A stretch of 64,000 nucleotides of DNA from IMG/VR virus record IMGVR_UViG_3300030511_000001, positions 1 through 64,000 of that record; one strand, given 5' to 3'. The DNA is from a virus (taxonomy: Duplodnaviria; Caudoviricetes). The notes below the pieces were generated by a model. That model had not been told where the DNA came from and did no database searches. It worked only from the letters and a program-made list of their open reading frames with translations. Position 1 is the first letter of the stretch, and every line of letters begins with the position of its first letter. The position numbers and the translations under genes are program-made. Positions 8,815 through 17,652 of this stretch are shown piece after piece.

Positions 8815-9780
8815 ATGCGTCGTTTCCCGACTCTCGGGGTTCTTCTGGCCGTGCTCTGCATGGTCTTCTCGGTGGCCGCTGCGTCGGCCGCGGATGCCTT
8901 CCCGGGCAAAGTCTTCTACGCCAAGGGCGCCAACTGGCGCGCGGAGATCAACGTCGCCGCGCCGGTCGACGCTGAGGTGACGTGGGACATCGAGGGCTGC
9001 ATCGTCGTCGGCCCGAGCCCGTGCAAGGGGGCGAAGATCGCCAAGGGGGGCGCCCTGACGCTCTCGAGCGACTTCATCGCCGGCTACTTCGCCGGACCTG
9101 CGATCGGCGTGGTGAACGTGCCGGAGGGCGCGTGGTCGGCGAGCTCCTTCCTCGAGTTCAACGACGGCAACACGCGCACGGCGTTCACGGTGCCGGCGCT
9201 GAGGTGGGTTCTCGACAACCCGCTCGACGACTTCCGAGCTGCCACGGCCGCCCGCACCGCGGACAAGTCCACCTGCTCGACCTTCTACACCGAAGCGGAG
9301 CACGGTACGGCCATCCAGGTCGTCGCGTATGGCGCTGACGGGGATCGAGCTCGAGACGAGGACGGCAACTACTCGCCCACGGACGTCTACTTCATCGCCC
9401 CGCGCGCGGTCGCGCAGGGATGTCTCGGCGACTGGCGCAACGACGACGGCAGCGTGCGTGTCAAAGGCCCGTCGTTTACCGCGGGCAGCGTGCGCCTCTC
9501 GTTCGGCTGCGCCGGCGTCGGCCCGTGCCCCGCACCGCAACGAACGTGGTTCGTGGTCACGAAGGGACCGCTCAGCGGCGCGACCGTCGAGACACTGCCG
9601 GTCCAGAACATCGGCGCCGTGGAAGGTACGTCGGCCGCCGTTCTGGCCGCGGCCACCGCCGCCGGCGGGGAGCGCGCTGCGCTCATTCGCCTGCATGGTC
9701 CCGCGCCCGATGCTCTGCGCGAAGCCGTTGAGCTGCACAACGCCGAGATTCGGCGAATGCGCAGCACCTCGGACGAGTAA
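8815..9780 (+). CDS. secreted Cys-containing protein of unknown function
   Basis: GAGGAGG RBS; signal peptide ending SVAAASA-AD. Confidence 0.8.
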   Translation: MRRFPTLGVLLAVLCMVFSVAAASAADAFPGKVFYAKGANWRAEINVAAPVDAEVTWDIEGCIVVGPSPCKGAKIAKGGALTLSSDFIAGYFAGPAIGVVNVPEGAWSASSFLEFNDGNTRTAFTVPALRWVLDNPLDDFRAATAARTADKSTCSTFYTEAEHGTAIQVVAYGADGDRARDEDGNYSPTDVYFIAPRAVAQGCLGDWRNDDGSVRVKGPSFTAGSVRLSFGCAGVGPCPAPQRTWFVVTKGPLSGATVETLPVQNIGAVEGTSAAVLAAATAAGGERAALIRLHGPAPDALREAVELHNAEIRRMRSTSDE

Positions 9781-9919
9781 CGCAACGTGGACGACTTCAC
9801 CCGCAACACCTATCGGCTCCTCCGTCGTGACCCGCGCCGTGACCGTCACCAGCACGTGACGCTCGCGGCGATCATCGCGGCGGAGGCGCCAGGCGGAGCG
9901 GGAACGAGAGAGGCGGGAG

Positions 9920-10327
9920 ATGGCAACGCGGAAGGGGACGGACAAGCCGAAGCGCCGAGCTGCTGCGAAGGGTGAGGATCAATACCCGCGGCAGAAGGGC
10001 GGCCGCTTTGCGCCGTCGACTCCCGACAAGCCGAACCCCGGAAAGCCGATCGGCGCGAAGCATTGGTCGAATCGGAAGCTCGCTGTGATCGCGCGCGAGT
10101 ACCTGGACGACGGTGGCGACGACGCCATCCGGTTCCTCCTCGAGCAGCGAAAGAACCCTGCAGTTCTCCTCGCGACCATCGAGTTTCTTGCGGATCGCGC
10201 GGAAGGCAAGGCACCCCAAACGGTCAAGAACGGCCTCGACCCCGATTCGCTGGAGGCGATCCTCCTCTCGATGCAGGGCCAGGCGCTCCCCGGTCAGCGT
10301 GGCGGTGGTAGCAACGAAAACAAGTGA
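9920..10327 (+). CDS. terS: probable terminase small subunit
   Basis: basic N-terminus, GRF...NPGKPIG, FLADRAEGKAPQ; upstream of terL. Confidence 0.55.
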   Translation: MATRKGTDKPKRRAAAKGEDQYPRQKGGRFAPSTPDKPNPGKPIGAKHWSNRKLAVIAREYLDDGGDDAIRFLLEQRKNPAVLLATIEFLADRAEGKAPQTVKNGLDPDSLEAILLSMQGQALPGQRGGGSNENK

Positions 10328-10339
10328 GGGAGGGAAGAG

Positions 10340-10756
10340 ATGCACCACCACAGCCGCGCAACGGACCCCGGCGAGTTCTCAGGTGTTGACCATCGCCGCA
10401 AGACGGACGAGCCGATCGAGGTGGCGAACAAGTTCCTCGGCATGCCGATCACTCGGCTGCTCGGCGGCGCGATCGGCTTCGTGCTCGTGACCGTGTTCAC
10501 CGTGTGGCTCGCGCACGACCGCGCGCTCGCCGCCCAGGAGCGGCAGCAGAAGGCCGTCGAGGATCGTGTCCAGAAGCTCGAGCAGGCGGAGAAGGATCAG
10601 CGTGAGCGCGAGGAGAAACAGCGCGAGCGCGAGGAGAAACAGCGCGAGCGCGACACCGCACTCCTCACGGCCATCACCGAAATCAAGACGACGCTCGGCG
10701 ATGTGAAGGAGCGCGTCGTCCGGATCGAAAACCATCAGCAGCAGGGAGGGAAGTAG
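10340..10756 (+). CDS. single-TM coiled-coil protein (holin/antiholin-like)
   Basis: one TM then coiled coil with QREREEK repeats. Confidence 0.6.
   Translation: MHHHSRATDPGEFSGVDHRRKTDEPIEVANKFLGMPITRLLGGAIGFVLVTVFTVWLAHDRALAAQERQQKAVEDRVQKLEQAEKDQREREEKQREREEKQRERDTALLTAITEIKTTLGDVKERVVRIENHQQQGGK
10598..10653 (+). repeat. 21-nt in-frame tandem repeat (QREREEK x2.7)
   Basis: CAGCGYGAGCGCGAGGAGAAA repeated. Confidence 0.9.
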
Positions 10757-10758
10757 TC

Positions 10759-11148
10759 ATGTCCATCGTCAAGCCCGCATCCGAGTCGAAAACGCTTCAG
10801 TTCAACCGCTTCGCTACGATCATCGCCGCGATCGTCGCCGCGGCCCCCACGGTCATCAGCTTCGTCGTCGACCTGTTCGCCGATCCGGAGATCGGCGCGG
10901 CGATCGCCGGTTTCATCCCGGTCGAGTACCGCGCGCTGGTGTTGCTCGTCGTCGCGTTCGTCGCGAAGCGCAACAGTGACCTCCGCCGGCAGACGACGAC
11001 GCCGATTCAGGGAACGCCGGCCGCCGCGGAACACGCGGAGGCGCTTCAGCGTCTCGGGTTGCCCGAGGAAGTGATCGCCATCAGCAGCAACGGCGACAAC
11101 GGCGCGCTCGAGCGGTTCCTCACCGGCGGAGACGCCCGGAAGGAGTAG
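10759..11148 (+). CDS. holin-like membrane protein
   Basis: SKTLQFN...two TMs...LRRQTTTPI resembles SKTxWFN/LR..TT.PI holins. Confidence 0.55.
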   Translation: MSIVKPASESKTLQFNRFATIIAAIVAAAPTVISFVVDLFADPEIGAAIAGFIPVEYRALVLLVVAFVAKRNSDLRRQTTTPIQGTPAAAEHAEALQRLGLPEEVIAISSNGDNGALERFLTGGDARKE

Positions 11149-11172
11149 CGGCGAGGCACCGCCGCCGGCGTC

Positions 11173-12750
11173 ATGGAAGTCATCTCCCGCGACGCTGTCG
11201 CCGGCCTGCTCGAGAAGTGGTATCACGACCCGGTCGCGTTCTGTCACGACGTCTTTCCCCGCGAGGAATGGCCGCGGCCGCAGCAGTGCGAGATCCTTGA
11301 CGCGATTTGGCGCAACCCGGCCACGGTCGTCGCGGCGCACCGTGGTTGGGGCAAGTCGCGAACGGAGGCGTTCGCCGCGCTCGCCTTCATTTGCACGCGT
11401 GCGAATTCGCTCGTCTTCACGATCGCGCCGCGTTGGGACCAGGTCACGCAGGGCGTGTGGGTAGACATCCGCCACCTGTGGGCCGTTTCCAAGCTGCCGA
11501 AGATTTTCCCGAGCTGGCGCGTCCTCACGCACGAGATTCAGACGCACCCGCTCACCCCGAAGTGGCGAGCGGTCGGCGTCGCCGCCTCCGAAGTCCAGAA
11601 CATCGAAGGCAAGCACCCCGCAGCCGGTCGTCCCGCGCTCGTCCTGGGCGACGAGTGCAAGGCGATCCCTGACGAGTTCCGCGAGTCGGTGAAGGGCATG
11701 CTGAAGCACCCCGAGAGCCGCTTCGTCGGCATCGGTACGCCTGGCATCCCGTTCGGCTGGTTTTACGAAGCGTTCACCACGCGGCGGCGCGGCTACAAAA
11801 CGTTCCAGTTCCGCGGCGACACCTCGCCGGATCCCGAGGTGCGCGCGCATGTGCAGAAGATCGGCGATGACGCCGGATGGGACGATCCGTTCTTCCGGCA
11901 GCAGTGGCTCGCCGAGTTCACGGGTGCCGACGAGGGCGTCATCATCCCGCTCAAGATCGTCACGCCGGCCATCCGCCGGCGCCTCGAGTTCTCCCCGGTC
12001 TGGCGCAAGGTGATGAGCGTCGACCCCGCCGGCAAGGGCTCGGATCACACCGTCGTCACCTACCGCCTCGGCCCGGTCACGATCAAACAAAAGGCATGGC
12101 AGGGGTGGGACATCATCAAGAGCGAGCGCGAGGTGATCGCGCTGATTCTCGAGTGGAAGCCCGAGCGCGTCATCATCGACGAGGGGGGCCTCGGCGAAGG
12201 CGTCGTGTCGCACGTGCGCGACGCGCTGAAGGACACCGACATCGAAATCGTCGGCTACCGCGGCGGCGCGAAGCCGCACGACAAAGAGCGGTATGAGAAC
12301 CGGAAGGCCGAGGACGTGCACGCGCTGCGCGAGCGGTACAAGGAAGGCGCGGAGTTCGTCGAGAAGGTGCATGCCGAGCTGCGCGGCCGCCTCTTGCAGC
12401 TCAACCCGAGCCCCGAGGCCGTCACCAGGACGTTCGACTACCTGCACCGCCTCACCTACGGCAGCTTCACGCCCGAGCAGATCGCCGCAGTGCGGCCCGG
12501 CTCGCCCGAGGCCGCGGCGCTCGCCGACGAGATCGCGGCGAAGCTGCGCAAAGGCCCGGGCATCTCGATTCCGAACGAGCCGAACCTCATCGGGCAGACG
12601 TGTTCGTGGACGGCCGACCGGTCGAAGGCGAATCGCACGATGGTCATTGATCCGGACGACTCGCCCGACTACGCGGACAGCGACATGATGGCGTATGCGG
12701 CGGACACGTTCGGCAGCTCGCTCAAAGGAACGACGATTAGCGTGGTGTAG
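11173..12750 (+). CDS. terL: terminase large subunit
   Basis: Walker A AAHRGWGKS, Walker B LVLGDE, IGTPG, nuclease VDPAGKGSD, C-terminal SPDYAD. Confidence 0.92.
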   Translation: MEVISRDAVAGLLEKWYHDPVAFCHDVFPREEWPRPQQCEILDAIWRNPATVVAAHRGWGKSRTEAFAALAFICTRANSLVFTIAPRWDQVTQGVWVDIRHLWAVSKLPKIFPSWRVLTHEIQTHPLTPKWRAVGVAASEVQNIEGKHPAAGRPALVLGDECKAIPDEFRESVKGMLKHPESRFVGIGTPGIPFGWFYEAFTTRRRGYKTFQFRGDTSPDPEVRAHVQKIGDDAGWDDPFFRQQWLAEFTGADEGVIIPLKIVTPAIRRRLEFSPVWRKVMSVDPAGKGSDHTVVTYRLGPVTIKQKAWQGWDIIKSEREVIALILEWKPERVIIDEGGLGEGVVSHVRDALKDTDIEIVGYRGGAKPHDKERYENRKAEDVHALRERYKEGAEFVEKVHAELRGRLLQLNPSPEAVTRTFDYLHRLTYGSFTPEQIAAVRPGSPEAAALADEIAAKLRKGPGISIPNEPNLIGQTCSWTADRSKANRTMVIDPDDSPDYADSDMMAYAADTFGSSLKGTTISVV

Positions 12751-12753
12751 AAT
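12741..12753 (+). promoter_or_regulatory. repeated promoter motif, partial copy
   Basis: CGTGGTGTAGAAT over the terL stop. Confidence 0.55.
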
Positions 12754-12759
12754 GGCGCC

Positions 12760-12845
12760 GCGCGACTGGTGACGGCTATGGGTGCCGGAGGGGAGCTCCG
12801 GACCAGGATCGTCGGACCCTACATGAAACACCGCGCCGTCGCGCT
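12760..12845 (+). ncRNA. candidate structured small RNA / leader
   Basis: starts at predicted TSS; GCGCGAC/GTCGCGC, TGGTG/CACCG, GGGT/ACCC, CCGGAG/CTCCGG nested stems. Confidence 0.4.
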
Positions 12846-12879
12846 TCAACCGGCCCACTTTTTCTGAAGGAGCACAACG

Positions 12880-13110
12880 ATGACGGTACGCGCGAAGTTC
12901 ATGGTGAGCGAGAAGACGTCTTTCGCATGGTCCCCGGACTCGGTTCGGGTGAAGCTCACGCCGCAATACGATCAGAGCATCCCCGAGGATCAGCGTTTCG
13001 CGAAGGCGACGCCGAGCGGTGAGTTCTGGATGCAGATCGACAATCCGCCGGCGGCTGCCGCGTTGGAGCTCGGCAAGACCTACTACATCGACATCACACC
13101 CGCCGAATAG
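12880..13110 (+). CDS. conserved phage hypothetical protein
   Basis: MTVRAKF...F.KATPSG...IDNP.A...ELGKTYYIDITPA pattern; AAGGAG RBS. Confidence 0.85.
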   Translation: MTVRAKFMVSEKTSFAWSPDSVRVKLTPQYDQSIPEDQRFAKATPSGEFWMQIDNPPAAAALELGKTYYIDITPAE

Positions 13111-13121
13111 GCGGGGCTCTC

Positions 13122-13209
13122 GCCGCGGTAGTCGAGTACGGCGCTCGAGCGGGCTGTAGACCCGTTTCGCTTCGGCGGCCATGCGGTTCGATTCCGTGAC
13201 GCGGCACCA
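13122..13209 (+). tRNA. tRNA-Tyr(GUA), class II, encoded CCA
   Basis: acceptor GCCGCGG/ACGCGGC, U8A9, D stem TCGAG/CTCGA, anticodon arm GCGGG-CT GTA GA-CCCGT, long UUCG variable arm, T-loop TTCGATT, A73-CCA. Confidence 0.88.
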
Positions 13210-13234
13210 CACATCACCACGAAGGAGCTGCACG

Positions 13235-13555
13235 ATGGACGACACGAAACCCACCCCCGGGACGAGCAACCCCGCAAGCGGCGCCGGCACGTCGTCGCCG
13301 AACTTCAATTTCACCTCGCCGGCGAACGCATCGGCCGAGCAGATTCGCGAGCTCGTCGAGGAGCGGTTCCGCTACAAGCCGTGGGACGAGCAGCAGAAGG
13401 AGGACGGGAAGGCCGTCACCGACGCGGCGGTCGACTTCGGCGTGGCGATCATGTCGAAGGTGCCGCCCTGCCCGACCCGCACGCGCGCACTCAATCTGAT
13501 CGAGGAAGCGCGGATGCTCGCGAACGCCGCGATCACGCACGGCGGCAAGTTCTGA
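13235..13555 (+). CDS. Acb2/Tad1-like helical-hairpin protein (candidate anti-defence sponge)
   Basis: ERFRYKP..EQ...AAVDFG..I...VPPCPTRTRALNLIEEARMLANAAI pattern. Confidence 0.55.
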   Translation: MDDTKPTPGTSNPASGAGTSSPNFNFTSPANASAEQIRELVEERFRYKPWDEQQKEDGKAVTDAAVDFGVAIMSKVPPCPTRTRALNLIEEARMLANAAITHGGKF

Positions 13556-13565
13556 GGCATGGCCG

Positions 13566-13958
13566 ATGCCCATTCCGCGCTCCGAGGCGGAGGCACTTCT
13601 CGCTGAAGAGTTAGACGCGCTCGACGAGCGTGTCACGCTGGCCGAGCAGGAATTGGTGGCGTTGCGGCAGATGCGGAGCGATAAGCGCGCCGAGCTCGCA
13701 GAAGTCATGCGGAGGAGACAGACGAAAATGACCATTCTTCAGCGCATCGCGAACGCGCGGCACGCCTACTTTCACGAGACCGGGAAGCTCCCGAACCGCA
13801 TCATGCTCACCCCGGCAGACGCCGAGGAGTGGCGACAGTGGTGTGCCGATCACCCCGAGGCGCAGGCGGAGCCGAGCGAATTCCGCGCTGAGGCGCTGAA
13901 CGACGCCCCGGTCATGGTCGAGGGCGACGAGTTCAAGGTCTGGCGCGAGGAGCCGTAA
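13566..13958 (+). CDS. coiled-coil hypothetical protein
   Basis: 130 aa, N-terminal heptads. Confidence 0.7.
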   Translation: MPIPRSEAEALLAEELDALDERVTLAEQELVALRQMRSDKRAELAEVMRRRQTKMTILQRIANARHAYFHETGKLPNRIMLTPADAEEWRQWCADHPEAQAEPSEFRAEALNDAPVMVEGDEFKVWREEP

Positions 13959-14138
13959 ACGAACGTCGTGGGGTGGCGGCTACGCACCGCCGCACCTGCG
14001 CGGCAGCCGGGAGCCCATGTCCCGGCCACAGGCGGCGCCTACCCGGCGCCGCTTGCGTTTTCTGATGCCAATTCGCCACCCTGAGCGGTAGCAGCGCCGG
14101 CAGGGCCGAGCTCTGCGCAATCTCTGAGGAGTTCGCGC

Positions 14139-15944
14139 ATGACGCTTTCCGCCGGTCTATCCGCTGGCACCAACACCGTCACGTTCGCCGATAACGTCAC
14201 GCCCACCGTCGTCATGAACGACGCCATGGCCGACGTCGTGACGCTGTTCCGCGACTACGAAAACAACGGGGCCAATCCCGAATACAAGGCTTTCGAGGCG
14301 CGGATCAACTACGGCTCCTCGTTCTACCGCCGCTCCGCCGGCGCGAACGTGTGGGAGTTCATCAACGACGCCGTCGACGGCTCCGGCGGCTTCGCCAACG
14401 GTGCCTACCTCTTCCCCTTCAAGCTCGAGATGGAGGAGAGCGGGAAGCCGACGCTGAAGTATCTGAAGCGTCAGGAACAGGCCGACTACGACAACTTTGC
14501 CCACCACGTCTGCAACACGCCGTGGGACGTCATCGTCGGAAGCGCCGATCTGATCGAGCGGAAGGCGAAGGCCGGGACGCCCGCGGCGAAGCTGCTGGAC
14601 GAGTTCTGGCACAACGTCGATCTCCACGGCACGGCAATCCTCGACTTCCTCGAGTACCCCCACAAGCAAGCCCGCCGCTTCGGCACCGGCATCATCATCA
14701 TGGACCGCCCCTCGTTCGAAAACCGGAGCGAGGCGGACAACAAAAACCCGCAGAACCGGCCGTGGGTGTACGCGGTCCCCACGCAGAACGTCGTGCACTG
14801 GGAGTTCGGCGAGGACGGCGAGCTCGCTGGCATCGTCGTCCTAGTGCCGCAACTCATCGACCTCGGCGACGGCAAGGGCCGCCAGAACGTGACGGATGTC
14901 CGCGTCTGGACACGCAGTCAGTGGGCGGTGTTCCGCCGCACGAGCGATACGCGCCACGACGGCACCACGGGTGTGCAGGAGAGCCCGGGCGAGACCTTTG
15001 AGCTGATCGACTCCGGCGACCACAAGCTCGGCGAGGTGCCAGTCGTCGCGATCTACAACGACACGCCGGAGCCCGGGCACCTGCTCGCGCATACCGAAAT
15101 GCTCGACGTCGCGCGCATCGCGCAGACGGTCTACAACATCGACAGCGAGGCGCGCGAGATCGAGCGCAAGTGTGCCCTCTTCCTCGCGATCCCGGTGAAG
15201 AACACCGATTCGTTCAGCGAGAAGAAGGCGATCATCTCCACGGAGAACGCCCTGCTGTTCGACGGCGAGGCCGGCGCGCCGCAGTGGATTTCGCCGGACC
15301 TCGGCATCCTCGAAAACCTCACGACGCGCCGCGAGGCGAAGAAGCTCGACGCCTACAAGATGGCCGGCCTCGGCGCGATCGCGGCGACGACCGACACCGT
15401 ATCGACGGCCAGCGGCTACCACGCCGAGGTGGAGTTCCAGAAGACGGAGCGCCGCATCGCTCGCCACGCTTCGATGCTCGAGGCGGCCGAGAAGCGCCTG
15501 GCACGCCTCTACCTGAAGTTCTACGGGATCGACTCCGACCAGGAGGCCGACCTGTTCTCCATCACGTACCCGCGCGACTACGGCGTCCGCGACATGGAAG
15601 CCCTCGTGCTCCGGACAAAGGAAATCCTCGGCCTGAACCTCGGCGAGAAGTGGGACCAGCGCACGCTCGAGAAGCTGGCGAAGGCGCAGTTCCCGCGCAT
15701 GAGCGACGAGGAGATCGCCGAGATGGTGGAGGACGCCGTCACCGAGCGCAGCGCGGCGAAGAAACAGCAGCAGGAGCTCGAGCGCGTCAAGAGCATGGCC
15801 GCCGTTCTCACGCGGCCCCAGCCTGGCCCCGGCGCCGCAGCCGAGGGCAAGGGCCCGCAACCGAAGCCCGGCCAGAAGGCTCCGCCGGCGAAGGCGGAGA
15901 AGCCCGACCCGAAGAAGCCCGAAAAGAAGAAGGTGGCGGCCTAA
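14139..15944 (+). CDS. portal protein
   Basis: ~600 aa after terL; VVHWEF, LGEVPVVAIY, VYNIDSE, QWISPD, SGYHAE; Pro/Lys-rich tail; start uncertain. Confidence 0.8.
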   Translation: MTLSAGLSAGTNTVTFADNVTPTVVMNDAMADVVTLFRDYENNGANPEYKAFEARINYGSSFYRRSAGANVWEFINDAVDGSGGFANGAYLFPFKLEMEESGKPTLKYLKRQEQADYDNFAHHVCNTPWDVIVGSADLIERKAKAGTPAAKLLDEFWHNVDLHGTAILDFLEYPHKQARRFGTGIIIMDRPSFENRSEADNKNPQNRPWVYAVPTQNVVHWEFGEDGELAGIVVLVPQLIDLGDGKGRQNVTDVRVWTRSQWAVFRRTSDTRHDGTTGVQESPGETFELIDSGDHKLGEVPVVAIYNDTPEPGHLLAHTEMLDVARIAQTVYNIDSEAREIERKCALFLAIPVKNTDSFSEKKAIISTENALLFDGEAGAPQWISPDLGILENLTTRREAKKLDAYKMAGLGAIAATTDTVSTASGYHAEVEFQKTERRIARHASMLEAAEKRLARLYLKFYGIDSDQEADLFSITYPRDYGVRDMEALVLRTKEILGLNLGEKWDQRTLEKLAKAQFPRMSDEEIAEMVEDAVTERSAAKKQQQELERVKSMAAVLTRPQPGPGAAAEGKGPQPKPGQKAPPAKAEKPDPKKPEKKKVAA

Positions 15945-15965
15945 CCGCCGGCGAGGAGGATCACC

Positions 15966-16859
15966 ATGTTCACCATCACGCTCGGACGCAGAGACGCCAA
16001 GGGGCGGTTTCGCTTTTCGCAGCTCAACCTCGAGGACGGCATCACGTGGGAGCAAATGCTCGAGGATCTGAACCTCAGCTCCGAAGAAAGCGGCGAGGTG
16101 TACTACTGCGCGTCCGGCGACTCGCACACGTCGCGCAACCCCGCGACGGGCGACGAGAGCCCCGGCTTCGGGACGGTGTACACGTTCGTCCCGACCGGCG
16201 TGGCGATGGCCGACCCGGCGCAGGGCGCGACACTCCTGCTCAACCCGCCCGACAACGGCGACCCGCTCGTCGTGCAGCCGCATCCGGGCGGACGGTTCGA
16301 CGCGCGGGCGATCGACAAGGTGGTTTCCGGGGTGAACGTCATCGGCGCGCCTGGCCGCGTCGGATCGTATTTCCTCTCGCTGCAGGACGTCGTGCTCGTC
16401 GGCACTACGCTCGCCGAATGGGCGCTGCAGCCGGGCGCGTTCGCCGGCGGCACCGTCACGATCGAGAATCCGGGCACCACGGCGATCGACCTGGCCGAAG
16501 TGGCGATCGCCGCGAACAAGGTGGGCGCCGGGTGGGCCGAGTGGGTGGTGTCGGCGACGGACGGGACGGACTTCTTCGTCGCGTCGTACGTCGGCCACTT
16601 CGTCGCCACGAACAAGGCCGGGACGATCGTCTCGGCGGTCAAGAGCCACGCGGCGCTCGACCTCGAGGCGGCCAGCGGCGGCGCGACCCCGATCACGGCG
16701 CCAGCGTCGCTGTCGAACGGCGCGAACAAGGTCACGTTCCGCGTGACGCCATCGGCCGCCACGCCCGCGCTCACGTCGATCACGGTGGCGTTCCGTATCT
16801 ACGACCGTCTCGGCAACACGGTCACGCCGATCTCGCACGGCGAGGTGTTCGAAGAGTAA
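15966..16859 (+). CDS. probable virion-associated beta-rich protein
   Basis: GGAGG RBS, 297 aa after portal. Confidence 0.6.
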   Translation: MFTITLGRRDAKGRFRFSQLNLEDGITWEQMLEDLNLSSEESGEVYYCASGDSHTSRNPATGDESPGFGTVYTFVPTGVAMADPAQGATLLLNPPDNGDPLVVQPHPGGRFDARAIDKVVSGVNVIGAPGRVGSYFLSLQDVVLVGTTLAEWALQPGAFAGGTVTIENPGTTAIDLAEVAIAANKVGAGWAEWVVSATDGTDFFVASYVGHFVATNKAGTIVSAVKSHAALDLEAASGGATPITAPASLSNGANKVTFRVTPSAATPALTSITVAFRIYDRLGNTVTPISHGEVFEE

Positions 16860-16909
16860 AAATGAATCCGCCGGCGGGGAGACTGTCCGGCGCAATTGAA
16901 GGAGGGACC

Positions 16910-17509
16910 ATGTTCAAGTTTCGAGCTCTGCTCATCGCGCTCATCGCGCTCATCGCATTCCCCGTCGTCGTCCAGGCGCAGGAGGACGTGCAGGCCACGC
17001 GGCTGACGTTCGTCACCGGGAAGAAGCCGGCGGCGACGTACTGCCGCCCCGGCACGCTGACCCTGTGGTTTGACGGCACGGCGTTCCGCTCGGGAACGAA
17101 GTCGGACTGCACCACGTGGCCGGACTTCCGCCGCGCGCCGATCGTTGTGTCGATCCCGATCAAGCTGTCGAAGGTCGCGAACGGCGACGTCCTGACCAAC
17201 TACACGCCGGGGTTCGCCGGCAAGATCACGAAGGTGGCGTTCGCGATCACCGACCCGGTCACGACCGCGGCGAAGGCGACCACGCTGAACCTCGAGATCG
17301 GCACGACCGACGTGACGGGAGGCGCGATCGCGCTGACGAGCGCCAACAGCACGCCGCTCGGTGCGGTGATCGCCGGCACGGCCATCACGGCGGCGAACAC
17401 GTTCACGGCGTCGAGCACGATCTCGGTGGAAGCGTCGTCGACCACGGCGTTCGTCGAGGGCGAGGGCGTTCTGCTCATCACGATCGAGTCGTCGCCGGCG
17501 TACCCGTAG
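16910..17509 (+). CDS. signal-peptide protein with beta-sandwich C-terminal domain
   Basis: GAAGGAGG RBS; MFKFRALLIALIALIAFPVVVQA. Confidence 0.7.
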   Translation: MFKFRALLIALIALIAFPVVVQAQEDVQATRLTFVTGKKPAATYCRPGTLTLWFDGTAFRSGTKSDCTTWPDFRRAPIVVSIPIKLSKVANGDVLTNYTPGFAGKITKVAFAITDPVTTAAKATTLNLEIGTTDVTGGAIALTSANSTPLGAVIAGTAITAANTFTASSTISVEASSTTAFVEGEGVLLITIESSPAYP

Positions 17510-17523
17510 GTGCCGATCGGCGC

Positions 17524-17552
17524 TTGACGGCGCTCCGCGTCGACGGTACTGT
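17524..17552 (+). promoter_or_regulatory. sigma70-type promoter
   Basis: TTGACG-17 nt-TACTGT. Confidence 0.55.
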
Positions 17553-17558
17553 AGCGAC

Positions 17559-17645
17559 CAAACAACGCGCGACGCAGTTTCACCCGATCCTGCATCAACC
17601 GTTTGCGACGGGCGGCCTCCTAACCGGGGCCGCCCGTCGTGCTTC
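17559..17645 (+). ncRNA. candidate small RNA
   Basis: promoter, then ~85 nt without ORF/RBS, then 12-bp hairpin. Confidence 0.4.
17606..17639. terminator. terminator hairpin between convergent units
   Basis: CGACGGGCGGCC/GGCCGCCCGTCG 12-bp stem. Confidence 0.8.
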
Positions 17646-17652
17646 CGAGGTT

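Noticed and set aside
9787-9975. 62-aa ORF
   Set aside because: Overlaps the terS-like gene, weak RBS, no supporting features
13960-14100. Three hairpins between 13958 and the portal gene
   Set aside because: Consistent with a terminator plus incidental GC-rich stems; no distinctive RNA motif
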